Shown here: positions 40,959 through 50,633 of the stretch, in pieces
Layout of the letters: each line of letters begins with the position of its first letter
Numbering within the stretch: the stretch's first letter is position 1
Position numbers and translations under genes: made by a program
Assembly (NCBI GenBank): GCA_963701085.1
Contig: OY969561.1
Location: 1,134,635-1,198,634 of the forward strand
Reading direction: 5' to 3'
DNA: 64,000 nt
From: an uncultured bacterium
Lineage (GTDB): Bacteria > Babelota > Babeliae > Babelales > Vermiphilaceae
The notes under the pieces: model-generated
The model's database searches: none
What the model was told of the DNA's origin: nothing
The model's input: the letters and a program-made list of their open reading frames with translations, nothing else

Positions 40959-41936
40959 TTACAGAGTTATTTTAGTTTGATCTTCAATTGTTTTATATGA
41001 ATTTTTACCAACTTCCCATACTTTATATCCAATAAGATCTATTAATTCCTGAAGTAATGTTAATTCTTCAAGATTATGATGTTTGAAGAGCAAATAGTTG
41101 AAAATTGTTTGTTGTTTATTGTCAACCATTTTTTTGAGCCAACCAGTTTCTTCTAAGTCAAAGGCACTGCATATACGTTCATAATAATGTCCACAATAAA
41201 TTTTGTTTACTACAATTTTACAAGGATCTGCATTATACCACAGTAATAAGTGTGCACATTCTTTATCAATGGAGCTAGCGAGGACTGCTGCGATCAATGG
41301 AGTATTATACTTATTTGAGAGTTTAAAATTTGGATCAGCTCCATGTTCTAATAATAATTCTGCAATTGTTAATAATTGTGTTGATTTAAATCTTTTTGCT
41401 CTCCTATCGTCACATATTGTGGTCAGTAAAGAGTTATTGATGTTATTTTTAACATCTGTTTTGGCATGTATTAAAGTTTTTATTGTATCTAATTGTTGCG
41501 CGTGATATGCAGTAGTTAATAATGTTGATTTTGCATCTGCCCATATGGTTATGGTGCTGTTAAGATACCATGTATCTTTTAAGTCATCTTCAGTAAATAT
41601 TTTGCCTTGCTTTGCTTTGTCAAAAAAGCAACGTATTTTGTTCCCGATTGCATTGTATTTCAAGCAACAAGCTATGTTACAATCGCTTATATCATTCTGT
41701 AAAGCCATTTGTCTGATAATATTTTGTTGTGTTTTTTCACGGCTGTAATATTCGCATAACGTTGTATCAGCCATTGCTAATGAATCAATATCTTTTTTTT
41801 CAACCAAAAAAATGTGCGCATTGCAGATTTGTTCAGTGATATGAAACAGCATATTGGGATCATGAAGTACAGTCAGTTCCATGCTCTGTAGCGCTGTGCT
41901 GGTGAGTAGTAAAGAAAAAAATAGTTGTTTTATCAT
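40959..41936 (-). CDS. Secreted ankyrin-repeat protein
   Basis: Start reassigned to MIKQLFFSLLL (same leader as 42901..43734); LLLEHGADPN, NTPLIAA. Confidence 0.8.
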   Translation of the reverse strand: MIKQLFFSLLLTSTALQSMELTVLHDPNMLFHITEQICNAHIFLVEKKDIDSLAMADTTLCEYYSREKTQQNIIRQMALQNDISDCNIACCLKYNAIGNKIRCFFDKAKQGKIFTEDDLKDTWYLNSTITIWADAKSTLLTTAYHAQQLDTIKTLIHAKTDVKNNINNSLLTTICDDRRAKRFKSTQLLTIAELLLEHGADPNFKLSNKYNTPLIAAVLASSIDKECAHLLLWYNADPCKIVVNKIYCGHYYERICSAFDLEETGWLKKMVDNKQQTIFNYLLFKHHNLEELTLLQELIDLIGYKVWEVGKNSYKTIEDQTKITL

Positions 41937-41958
41937 GTGAAAATCATGAGGGTAAGAA

Positions 41959-42879
41959 TTAAGTAATTTTTTTGCTTTTTGCAACATCGTCAACCATTGC
42001 CCGGAACCATTTCTGAGATTCTTCATTTCCACAATTAAAGGCATTTTGGAGCCATGGTTTTTTTTCATTGAATGTAGGTAGTATTGTATCAATGGGATAT
42101 TGTTTTGCAGCCTGCTTAATAGTATAAAAATCTCTATGCTTATAATAGTGCTCATTAAATAATAATAAATAAGGGTTCGCTTCATGTTCTAATAATAATC
42201 GAGCAAACTCTTTATGGTTTTCCCAAATGCAGATCATGAGCGGAGTGTGTGATGTAATAGTAGGACGATCATCTGGATTAGCTTTTTTATGAAGTAATAG
42301 CTGGGCAATAAGAAGATTGAGGTTATTAAATTCGCTTCCTTTAGATTTTAGCAGCGATTTGGCTGTAGACCATAGTGAGCAGGTATTGCTGTCTGCATTG
42401 ATGTCACTTATGAGCTCAGTTAACATTGTTACATTTGTTATCTGAGCGGCTTCTATAGCGGTACGCAATAGCGAACGCTGCCAGGAGCTTTTTGTGGCAG
42501 TGAGGTACCAGTTATCTTGCAAATCTTCTGGACTAAAGGATTTATTTTTATCAGAAGCAATAGAGAAAAGATATTCTATTTTGTTGAGTATTGTTTTTTG
42601 ACCTAAATATTCTGCTGCCCATTGATCGCATATACAATGGCCTCGCGCTACCATTCTGACTATATTTTTTACATTGTTTTCATAATAAATGCAGAGCGCT
42701 TTATTAGTTTGAGAGAGCGTGCCAATCTCTTTTTTGAAGTTAGATGGTTTCATGTCATGAGCAGCGCACAGTTTTTCAGTAACATGAAACAGTATATCGT
42801 GATTATGAAGTACAGTCAGTTCCATGCTATGGATTGCTGTGCTGGTGAGTGCTAAAGAAAAAAGTAGTTGTTTTATCAT
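41959..42879 (-). CDS. Secreted ankyrin-repeat protein
   Basis: MIKQLLFSLAL leader; HTPLMIC..LLLEHEANP. Confidence 0.8.
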   Translation of the reverse strand: MIKQLLFSLALTSTAIHSMELTVLHNHDILFHVTEKLCAAHDMKPSNFKKEIGTLSQTNKALCIYYENNVKNIVRMVARGHCICDQWAAEYLGQKTILNKIEYLFSIASDKNKSFSPEDLQDNWYLTATKSSWQRSLLRTAIEAAQITNVTMLTELISDINADSNTCSLWSTAKSLLKSKGSEFNNLNLLIAQLLLHKKANPDDRPTITSHTPLMICIWENHKEFARLLLEHEANPYLLLFNEHYYKHRDFYTIKQAAKQYPIDTILPTFNEKKPWLQNAFNCGNEESQKWFRAMVDDVAKSKKIT

Positions 42880-42900
42880 GTGAAGTCCTGAGGATAAGTG

Positions 42901-43734
42901 TTAACTGTTTTGTTTATTTTTCTCAATTTCATAGATGAGGCCTGCAAGCCAATGATCTTGTTTGTTAAAAAGTTCTTCTATTTCAAATGCATCAGAGGCA
43001 ATCCATTTTAAGTGGGGATTTGCTCCGTGTTCTAATGCTAAACGAGCTACATTTTTATTCTTACTGCCCACTGCAATGTGGAGTAATGTTGGAGAATAAC
43101 ATCCCTCTTTGCGGCTATCGGGATGAATTTTATTTTCCAATAAGAGCTTAATAATATCGAGGCAGTCTTCTTTTTGCAGTGCTTCTGCATCTTCACAACA
43201 TTGTGTGGTAATTAAGACTAAAGGATTTTCCGAGCATCGTGCATTATTGCAATTAATGCCGGCAGTAATGAGGAGTTTTGCTTTGGTGAATTCACGCTTT
43301 TTTATTGCATCCAACAATAATGTGCTATCGTTTGGATAATTCATTGTAGTACTATTAAGGTACCAACTATCTTGTACATCATTCTCAGTAAGTTCTTGAT
43401 CTTTATTTATTTTGGTAAAAATAGTATCTATTTTACCTGCTATTGTTTTGTAACGAAAAAAATCTGCTATCGAACGATCGCTCATATTTTTATATATCGC
43501 CATTTGTCTGACAATGTTTTGTTTGGTTTTTTCAAGGTTATAATATGTATATAACGTTTTATTAGTTTTTGAGAATGCGGCAATATCCTTTCTTGTTCGT
43601 GTTATATGACATTGATTAATATTGCAAATTTGTTCAGTAATGCAGTTGAATGGCTCTGTATAAGATAGCACCAGTTCCATGCTCTGTAGCGCTGTGCTGG
43701 TGAGTAGTAAAGAAAAAAATAGTTGTTTTATCAT
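42901..43734 (-). CDS. Secreted ankyrin-repeat protein
   Basis: MIKQLFFSLLL leader; TLLHIAV..LALEHGANP. Confidence 0.8.
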   Translation of the reverse strand: MIKQLFFSLLLTSTALQSMELVLSYTEPFNCITEQICNINQCHITRTRKDIAAFSKTNKTLYTYYNLEKTKQNIVRQMAIYKNMSDRSIADFFRYKTIAGKIDTIFTKINKDQELTENDVQDSWYLNSTTMNYPNDSTLLLDAIKKREFTKAKLLITAGINCNNARCSENPLVLITTQCCEDAEALQKEDCLDIIKLLLENKIHPDSRKEGCYSPTLLHIAVGSKNKNVARLALEHGANPHLKWIASDAFEIEELFNKQDHWLAGLIYEIEKNKQNS

Positions 43735-43767
43735 GTGAAAATCCTGAAATTTATTTTATTTGGTTTG

Positions 43768-46212
43768 TTATCGTATTACAAAGCTAATCAAGCGGTCTTT
43801 AACAAAAACAACTTTGATAACGTTTTTATCTTTAAGCCAATTACTGATTGCGGCGCGTGCTAATGGCTCAACAGCAGATTGTTCAGCATTGCGTTCTACC
43901 GTAACGTTACCGCGCATTTTTCCATTAACTTGAATAACTATTTCTACATTATTTTCATACGTATATTCAGGATTTGCATATGACCAGGTGCAATCTTGCA
44001 ATTGTTTGTTAAGTAATTGCTCAAGTAGTTCACTTGCCATGTGCGGAGCCATTACTGAGAGAGCAACGATTACTTTTTCAGCTGAGTCGTGGCTCAATTG
44101 CATTGTGGTGCTTGTTGCATCATTAATCCATTCCATAAATGCAGAAAGTGCGGTGTTAGGCTTGAACAGATCAATGCGTTCTTGGAAATCTTGTAATAGT
44201 TTGTGCACGCGACGTGTAACTACTAATTCTTCTTGTTGTCCTTTTGGTAATAGTGTGCCCGGTTTTACCAAGTAATCATGCAGACGGTGTGCAAAACGTT
44301 TTACACCTTCAACGCCATTATCTTGCCATTCACAATCAAGTTCAGGTGGTCCCATAAAAAGAATATACATGCGCAACACATCAGAACCATAGTGTGCAAC
44401 CATATCATCAGGGCTGACAACATTGCCTTTTGATTTTGACATCTTTTCCACAAGGCCTGATTTTTCTGAGTATTTTAATACCATTCCCTGATTAAAAAGA
44501 TGCTTGAACGGTTCATCAAATGGTAAATGTCCCAAATCATGCAATACTTTTACCCAGAAACGTGCGTATAACAAATGTAAAATTGCATGCTCAACACCGC
44601 CAACATATAAATCAACAGGTAACCAGTAATTCATATCAGCTGGATCCCATGGTTTATCTTTTAAGTGTGGATTTGGGTAGCGCAAGAAGTACCAGCATGA
44701 TCCCGCCCATTGCGGCATGGTATTGGTCTCACGCTTTGCAGGGCCATTACAGTTTGGACATGTAACATTAACCCAATCATGCACTGCAGCAAGGGGGGAT
44801 TCACCGGTTCCTGTTGGTTGATAATGTTCAATGTATGGTAATGTTACCGGAAGTTGATCTTCTGGCACGGGAACGACACCGCATTTTTGACAATGAATGA
44901 GTGGTATTGGTTCACCCCAATAACGTTGACGAGAGAATATCCAGTCACGTAATTTATAGTTTGTTTTTTTTGTTGCAAGCCCAGCGTTGACAAGAAAATC
45001 AATGATTGCATTTTTACCCATTGATTGCGCTCGCATGTTATTAAAGCGATCACTATTAATTAATGCGCCATCGCCGGTATATGCTGCAATAATAATGCCA
45101 TCATAATCACGCTTGATATCGGGTGAACTGATAACCTCTCTGATTGGTAATCCACATTGTTGTGCAAATTCAAAATCACGTTCACAGTGAGCTGGTACAC
45201 CCATTACAATACCGGTACCGTAATCAGCAATTACAAAGCTGGAAAGATACACAGGAATTTCTTCATTGTTAATTGGGTTTATTGCATAGCTACCGGTGAA
45301 TATGCCAGTTTTTTCTTTATCAGTCATGCGTTCAAGTGGAGACATGGTGTTGACGTGAGTGCGATATTCTTCAACTGCTGCACGATATTCTGGTGTGGTG
45401 ATCACATCAACAAGATCATGTTCAGGAGCCATGACGAGAAATGTTACACCATATATTGTTTCTGCACAGGTGGTATAAACGGGAAGGTTGATTGTTGTAG
45501 TATTGCTTTGGGTAGTAAACGTGATGATTGCGCCTTCACTTTTGCCAATCCAGTTGCGCTGCATCAGTTTAACTTTTTCAGGCCAATCAAGGGTATCAAG
45601 ACCAGTTAATAATTTTTCAGCGTAAGCAGTGATTTTTAATATCCATTGTCTGATGGTACGTTGGATGACTTCCGTTCCACAACGTTCACATTTGCCATCA
45701 ACAACTTCTTCATTGGCAAGACCGGTTAAGCATGATGAGCACCAGTTGATTGGTGCATTGTCTTCATACGCAAGGCCAGCTTTGAATATTTGTAAAAAGA
45801 TCCATTGTGTCCATTTATAATAATCAGGATCAGTTGTATTAAGTTCTTTATCCCAATCATATAATGCAGCAATTTCTTGTAGCTGTTTTTTAAAATGAGC
45901 AATGTTAGCAGCAGTTCCTTCTGCGGGTTGAATGCCTTTTTTTATTGCATCATTTTCTGCAGGGAGTCCAAATGCATCCCATCCCATTGGATGTAAAATA
46001 TTGTAGCCTTCAAGCCATTTGATACGCGTGTAAACATCGGAGAGTACATATCCACGCCAATGCCCCACATGCAATCCGCTGCCGGATGGATAGGGGAACA
46101 TGTCTAAGCAATAAAATTTCTTTCCGCTGTGAGAGGATTTTGCTTGCGCATCTGGATGGGTTTGCCACTTCTTTTGCCATTTTTTTTCAACTGCTGATAT
46201 ATCATAACTCAT
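43768..46212 (-). CDS. leuS: Leucine--tRNA ligase
   Basis: [52 protein letters not shown]. Confidence 0.98.
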   Translation of the reverse strand: MSYDISAVEKKWQKKWQTHPDAQAKSSHSGKKFYCLDMFPYPSGSGLHVGHWRGYVLSDVYTRIKWLEGYNILHPMGWDAFGLPAENDAIKKGIQPAEGTAANIAHFKKQLQEIAALYDWDKELNTTDPDYYKWTQWIFLQIFKAGLAYEDNAPINWCSSCLTGLANEEVVDGKCERCGTEVIQRTIRQWILKITAYAEKLLTGLDTLDWPEKVKLMQRNWIGKSEGAIITFTTQSNTTTINLPVYTTCAETIYGVTFLVMAPEHDLVDVITTPEYRAAVEEYRTHVNTMSPLERMTDKEKTGIFTGSYAINPINNEEIPVYLSSFVIADYGTGIVMGVPAHCERDFEFAQQCGLPIREVISSPDIKRDYDGIIIAAYTGDGALINSDRFNNMRAQSMGKNAIIDFLVNAGLATKKTNYKLRDWIFSRQRYWGEPIPLIHCQKCGVVPVPEDQLPVTLPYIEHYQPTGTGESPLAAVHDWVNVTCPNCNGPAKRETNTMPQWAGSCWYFLRYPNPHLKDKPWDPADMNYWLPVDLYVGGVEHAILHLLYARFWVKVLHDLGHLPFDEPFKHLFNQGMVLKYSEKSGLVEKMSKSKGNVVSPDDMVAHYGSDVLRMYILFMGPPELDCEWQDNGVEGVKRFAHRLHDYLVKPGTLLPKGQQEELVVTRRVHKLLQDFQERIDLFKPNTALSAFMEWINDATSTTMQLSHDSAEKVIVALSVMAPHMASELLEQLLNKQLQDCTWSYANPEYTYENNVEIVIQVNGKMRGNVTVERNAEQSAVEPLARAAISNWLKDKNVIKVVFVKDRLISFVIR

Positions 46213-46285
46213 TAAAAATTCCCTTAGATCTTATCTAAAAAACTGTTATATATAACAATTTTAGAGGTTTCTTGGAAAAAAGTAA

Positions 46286-46348
46286 CCCTCCTTTGTTAAA
46301 GCTTACTCTTTCGCATAAAGCTTCGGAGTACACATTTGGAGGGCGGGG
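46286..46348. repeat. B unit nested within a degenerate B unit
   Basis: CCCTCCTTTGTTAAAGCTTA[CTCTTTCGCATAAAGCTTCGGAGTACAC]..TGGAGGGCGGG. Confidence 0.75.
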
Positions 46349-46523
46349 TATTAAAAATGGTATTATTTTTTGTAAATTGTGCCTGAATAACTTCTGTGAG
46401 TGCGAGTAAAAAGACGCGTTGGTCAGGATCTTTTGATGCTTCATTGAGATATGCGAGTGCTTTTTTTGGATCTTGTAATACATTGAGCAAGTATTCTTGA
46501 AAGTCTTTGTGTTGTTTTTTCAT
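46296..46523 (-). pseudogene. Truncated addiction-module antidote (HI1420-like); HTH region missing
   Basis: EYLLNVLQDPKKALAYLNEA...FLLALTEVIQAQ, then runs into repeat-derived sequence. Confidence 0.55.
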
Positions 46524-46555
46524 ATATTAAAAGTAACACAAAGACTTTTTTCGGT

Positions 46556-46954
46556 CTATTGCTGGCGGGCGGTTTCTTTGAGTTCAGTCAGCCATGCAAA
46601 CATGATATAACCAAATGCAATGGCAACATCGCGCAAAATAATATCATACATGCCGCCAATCATGAATAAATTGATGATCACAGCACCGATCCATGCTGCA
46701 ACAAGGTATGCGCCAAAACGTGGGTATTTGGTAAGGATAAGTAGGCCGGCAACAATTTCAATAATGCCAATTACGGGGACAAAGTAAGCTATTGGAAAAT
46801 ATGATGCCACAAAAGGACTTACGTAGATATTCCAGTTAACAATGTAAAAGGCGAATTTATCAGCGCCTATTAATACTGGAACAAGACCATAGATATATCG
46901 TGCAATAGTCCACATGCGATTAAATTTGTTTTCATTGATAATCATCATAACCAC
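46556..46954 (-). CDS. DoxX-like membrane protein
   Basis: GADKF, IGIIEIVAGLLIL, YDIILRD; four TM segments. Confidence 0.75.
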   Translation of the reverse strand: MVMMIINENKFNRMWTIARYIYGLVPVLIGADKFAFYIVNWNIYVSPFVASYFPIAYFVPVIGIIEIVAGLLILTKYPRFGAYLVAAWIGAVIINLFMIGGMYDIILRDVAIAFGYIMFAWLTELKETARQQ

Positions 46955-47061
46955 AACTCCTCTATTATTTTTATGAAACTGGGAACTGCTTTAGGCATAC
47001 CATATCATTGCTAATATTGTCACTCGATTTATACTGGAAGTATATAATTGTAAGGAGAAAT

Positions 47062-47751
47062 ATGCAGATAACTACTTCGCAACAATCCTCCTACGCCAAG
47101 GCTACGGAGGACAGGCAAAATAAGCCATTACATGATGAACATATTCTTGTAGTGTGCCGTTCACATTTTTTTACCGCAGATACGCCAGCATGGCATGGGT
47201 TAAAAGAGGTTAACTTTGATGATTACATGCACATTATTAATCATCGCAAAGAGTTTCATCCACGTTCCATTATGGAAACAGATCCAACATACAAACAAAT
47301 TATTCCCTATCTTATTTTTGAGCATGATAATCATTATTTTTTGATGCAGCGCAAATCAGATGCGTCAGAAAGCAGATTGCGTAATAAGTTAACTCTTGGC
47401 ATTGGCGGGCATATTCGTGAGGAGGATATGTCCTCCTTCGCCGAGGCTTCGGAGAACAAGCAAGAAAATTCATTATTTGCATGGGCAACGCGTGAGTTTC
47501 ATGAAGAAGTAAATTATGCAGGTAATTTGAAAGTACTGCCTTTGGGAATTATTAATGATGATTCAGATGATGTTGGCAAGGTGCATATTGGCTTTGCATT
47601 TTTGCTACGCGGTGATTCATCTGATATCAGCATTAAATCAGAATTAAAAAGTGGCATTCTTGTTTCTTTGGATGAATGTATTGCGCAAAAAGAATGTATG
47701 GAAAGTTGGAGCCAGTTTGTACTAGAATTTTTACAACAACAGAAACAATAA
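47062..47751 (+). CDS. NUDIX-family phosphoesterase (COG4112-like) with two in-frame 30-bp inserts
   Basis: ETDPTYKQIIPY, LGIGGHI, REFHEEV, VGKVHIG, MESWS; TAAGGAG RBS. Confidence 0.85.
   Translation: MQITTSQQSSYAKATEDRQNKPLHDEHILVVCRSHFFTADTPAWHGLKEVNFDDYMHIINHRKEFHPRSIMETDPTYKQIIPYLIFEHDNHYFLMQRKSDASESRLRNKLTLGIGGHIREEDMSSFAEASENKQENSLFAWATREFHEEVNYAGNLKVLPLGIINDDSDDVGKVHIGFAFLLRGDSSDISIKSELKSGILVSLDECIAQKECMESWSQFVLEFLQQQKQ
47086..47115. repeat. B-type 30-bp repeat, in frame
   Basis: TCCTCCTACGCCAAGGCTACGGAGGACAGG encodes SSYAKATEDR. Confidence 0.92.
47431..47460. repeat. B-type 30-bp repeat, in frame
   Basis: TCCTCCTTCGCCGAGGCTTCGGAGAACAAG encodes SSFAEASENK. Confidence 0.88.
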
Positions 47752-47777
47752 TTAACATAAAACACAAAGGGTTCATC

Positions 47778-48161
47778 ATGGAACAGTCAACAGCAGTAGA
47801 ATTGGGTAAACTTATCAAAGCGCAAGCTATGTTTGAGCGGTTTCGTCGTGATATGCAGGATGATAGAGATCAGATGGGAGCGGTTTTAGCATTTAAAATT
47901 TGTTATGAATTAGCATTGAGAGTGATGGAAGCTGTTTTGGCAGCTGAGGGTCTAGAAGCAACATCGCCAAAAGATATATTTAGAAAAGCGGTTGTTGCAA
48001 AAATAATTGCTGATCCTGAAGTATGGTTTAGTTTTCAAGGAAAAAGAAACCTGACAGCACATGCGTATGAACAAGAAAATCTTACTGCTATTGTAGCAAT
48101 TTTTGATCTGTTTTCTGCAGAGCTTAACAAGCTGGTCGAACATTGCAATGTTCAAAAATAG
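47778..48161 (+). CDS. HI0074-family HEPN protein (nucleotidyltransferase substrate-binding subunit)
   Basis: AFKICYELA, SPKDIFR, RNLTAHAY (RxxxxH). Confidence 0.85.
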   Translation: MEQSTAVELGKLIKAQAMFERFRRDMQDDRDQMGAVLAFKICYELALRVMEAVLAAEGLEATSPKDIFRKAVVAKIIADPEVWFSFQGKRNLTAHAYEQENLTAIVAIFDLFSAELNKLVEHCNVQK

Positions 48162-48182
48162 GCTTTGCATAAAAGGAATTAC

Positions 48183-48542
48183 ATGGCCGATGCAACAACA
48201 ACCGTAGAATCATTAAAAAATGATGTTAAAAAATTTGTTGAAGATCGTGAATGGCAACAATTTCATAGCCCAAAAAATTTGAGCATGGCGCTTGCATCAG
48301 AAGCGGCGGAAGTTATGGATCTTTTTTTGTGGTGTGAAAGTGCTGCATCATATGATGAGTTAGAAAAACGCAGACAAGATGTTGAATATGAAATTGCTGA
48401 TGTGGCAGTTTTATTGTTGGCATTTTGTGTGCGTCATAATATTGATCTGAGTGCTGCTATTGCGCATAAGCGTATTGAGGCTGCACGTAAATATCCCATT
48501 GAAAAATGCAAAGGGAAGTCGCTGAAATATGATCAGTTGTAG
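48183..48542 (+). CDS. MazG-like nucleotide pyrophosphohydrolase (dCTP pyrophosphatase-like)
   Basis: REWQQFHSPKNLSMALASEAAEV, EIADV, KYPIEKCKG. Confidence 0.9.
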   Translation: MADATTTVESLKNDVKKFVEDREWQQFHSPKNLSMALASEAAEVMDLFLWCESAASYDELEKRRQDVEYEIADVAVLLLAFCVRHNIDLSAAIAHKRIEAARKYPIEKCKGKSLKYDQL

Positions 48543-48571
48543 AATTGTTTTCAGAATTTCTTCGAGAAAAA

Positions 48572-49186
48572 TTAATGTGCTTGTGGCGCAAGGGCTTGCA
48601 AGCTTAGCACAATACCAAATTTAAGTAATTGTCCCATCATGGCGCTAAATGTATAAATGAGTGCTGTAGAGGCTGCTGAGCTGACGATAAAGGAGGTTGA
48701 AGTTTGTTGCTGCCATTCGTCAAAATTGATTTTGTTTTTTGCTCTAAAATAATTTTTTACCATATTTAATTTTTCTTCTTCGGTAGCGAATTCATTTGAT
48801 TCTTTAAGTGAATTGTTTATGTCGCTAAAAGCTTCATTTTTCATGTGAGTAAACGTTCGTTTTTGCATAAATTGTTTGGTAAGATTTTTTGTAAAAGCGC
48901 CAATGCCAGCATCTGAGCCGGTCGAAAAACTTTGTATAAATATTTGTGGTAGCAGATTATAGATCATGCTCCAGTTGCTTGGAGTTGTAGTAGCAGGTTG
49001 AATACGTTGTTTTATAGGCTCTTCTTCCTCTTCTTCAATTTTTTCATACATTGTTTGAGGAGTGTGTGGTGCGGGGGTTATTTTTTGTGTTGCAACTGGT
49101 TGTGTAAGTTGTTTGCAATGAGCGAGAGAAGGTAATGCAAATGTGCAGAGTAGTAGAGGAGTAATAAGATAATTTTGTTTTTTCAT
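48572..49186 (-). CDS. Hypothetical secreted/membrane protein
   Basis: GAGG RBS, signal peptide, hydrophobic C-terminus. Confidence 0.65.
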   Translation of the reverse strand: MKKQNYLITPLLLCTFALPSLAHCKQLTQPVATQKITPAPHTPQTMYEKIEEEEEEPIKQRIQPATTTPSNWSMIYNLLPQIFIQSFSTGSDAGIGAFTKNLTKQFMQKRTFTHMKNEAFSDINNSLKESNEFATEEEKLNMVKNYFRAKNKINFDEWQQQTSTSFIVSSAASTALIYTFSAMMGQLLKFGIVLSLQALAPQAH

Positions 49187-49266
49187 GTGCTTACCTCTTT
49201 GTATCTAGTATTCTTTTTATTTACATTGAATGTCTCAAAATAAGAAATAATAAAACAAGAGATAAA

Positions 49267-50514
49267 TTATTTTCTTTGAAGCGCCAAAAACAGAGGGATA
49301 TTTTTTTTTGCCTGCGATATCTGTTCTGCTATATCCTTATTGATCAATTGTTGTTCATATTCTGTTAAGCGTTGATAGGGGAGTGTTGCATGAATATCAT
49401 TCAATGTATCTAAGTGAGTATTGTTTTCTATAGCTTGTTTGCAGAGATGCAATGTAACACATCTTTTTTTGATTATACATACTATTGTATCATCGTCATC
49501 ATTAATACTCCCTTCATATTTTTTTTTGTCTGATAAAAATTCTGTTAATTGGTCTTGGCGCCACGGTAATGGAGATGAGGAGCAGAGCTTGATTGGCTCT
49601 TGTATATCATTAAGCTGCCATAGCGTAAGAATTCTATCGTGGCGGCCAAAAGCATTATTGTGTTCTTGTGCAAATGCGGCAAGAATGTTGTTTGATGAGC
49701 CTTGCATAAAATTGATATGATACACATGAGCATCTTGTGTAATAGTATGGAGCGGTTTTTCTGATAGTGGCTTGCGTATTTTTATGCGAGATTTTGTATG
49801 ATTATTGCGTGTTGTATAATGAGTTGCTGTTGCCATCAGAGAACCATCTTGATTGAATTGTATCAGAATAATAGGATTATTTTCTTGAAAAGTAATCGCA
49901 GATCCCGTTTTTAGATCCCATATACGCAATTGACTGTCTGTGCTGTGAGTGACAGCTCTATCAGTTGCTGGGTGTACTGCAAGCAGGCGAACCTTGTGCG
50001 GATGTGCAAGGATCATGTTATACGTTAATGTAATCTCATTGTAAGCTTGCTGCATGACGTATTCTTTAATTTCTCGAGGAATCGTATTCAGTAGCTGTAC
50101 TGGTTGGTGTGATGCAGGATTATCAATAGCGTTTATTGTTGCGCACGTAACATTGTCTCTATTTTTACGTGCAAGTTTAATGAAATAATTAATTGCTTCA
50201 TCGAAAAAAGTATTTTTTTCGCGAAGCGCATCGATAAATGATGGGTTAAGAAAATCGGCTGTTGTTTTATACCAGTAATCGGTGAGATTTATGATGGCAA
50301 GCATATCTGTTTTTTTTAATTGTAATCGTGTAAAAAAATTACTTACCTCATTACCTTGGGCGTATTCATAATCGATTTTGTCACTAATAAGATTAAGTGT
50401 TTTAATATTAAGGGTGTTAGTTGTTTGTTGTTGCAGTTCTACAGATTCCATTGCAAAAGTTGTGTGCGATGCACAGAAGATAATAAGGTAGAGGATGCGG
50501 CTTGTGTGCTTCAT
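49267..50514 (-). CDS. Secreted WD40-repeat protein
   Basis: DSQLRIWDL, FNQDGSLMAT; paralog of 50634..51935. Confidence 0.8.
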   Translation of the reverse strand: MKHTSRILYLIIFCASHTTFAMESVELQQQTTNTLNIKTLNLISDKIDYEYAQGNEVSNFFTRLQLKKTDMLAIINLTDYWYKTTADFLNPSFIDALREKNTFFDEAINYFIKLARKNRDNVTCATINAIDNPASHQPVQLLNTIPREIKEYVMQQAYNEITLTYNMILAHPHKVRLLAVHPATDRAVTHSTDSQLRIWDLKTGSAITFQENNPIILIQFNQDGSLMATATHYTTRNNHTKSRIKIRKPLSEKPLHTITQDAHVYHINFMQGSSNNILAAFAQEHNNAFGRHDRILTLWQLNDIQEPIKLCSSSPLPWRQDQLTEFLSDKKKYEGSINDDDDTIVCIIKKRCVTLHLCKQAIENNTHLDTLNDIHATLPYQRLTEYEQQLINKDIAEQISQAKKNIPLFLALQRK

Positions 50515-50633
50515 TAAAAACATTCCTTTTTTATTTTTTGATAATAGGGCATTTGGCGTTTAGCATAATCTTGGTGTTTTAAAATCACAATATCAAAAAA
50601 AAGGGCCCCAATTTCTTGGAGCCCTCACATTAT

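Noticed and set aside
41937-42185. N-terminal extension of ORF 40959..42185
   Set aside because: It overlaps the upstream gene; the true start is the conserved MIKQLFFSLLL leader at 41936.
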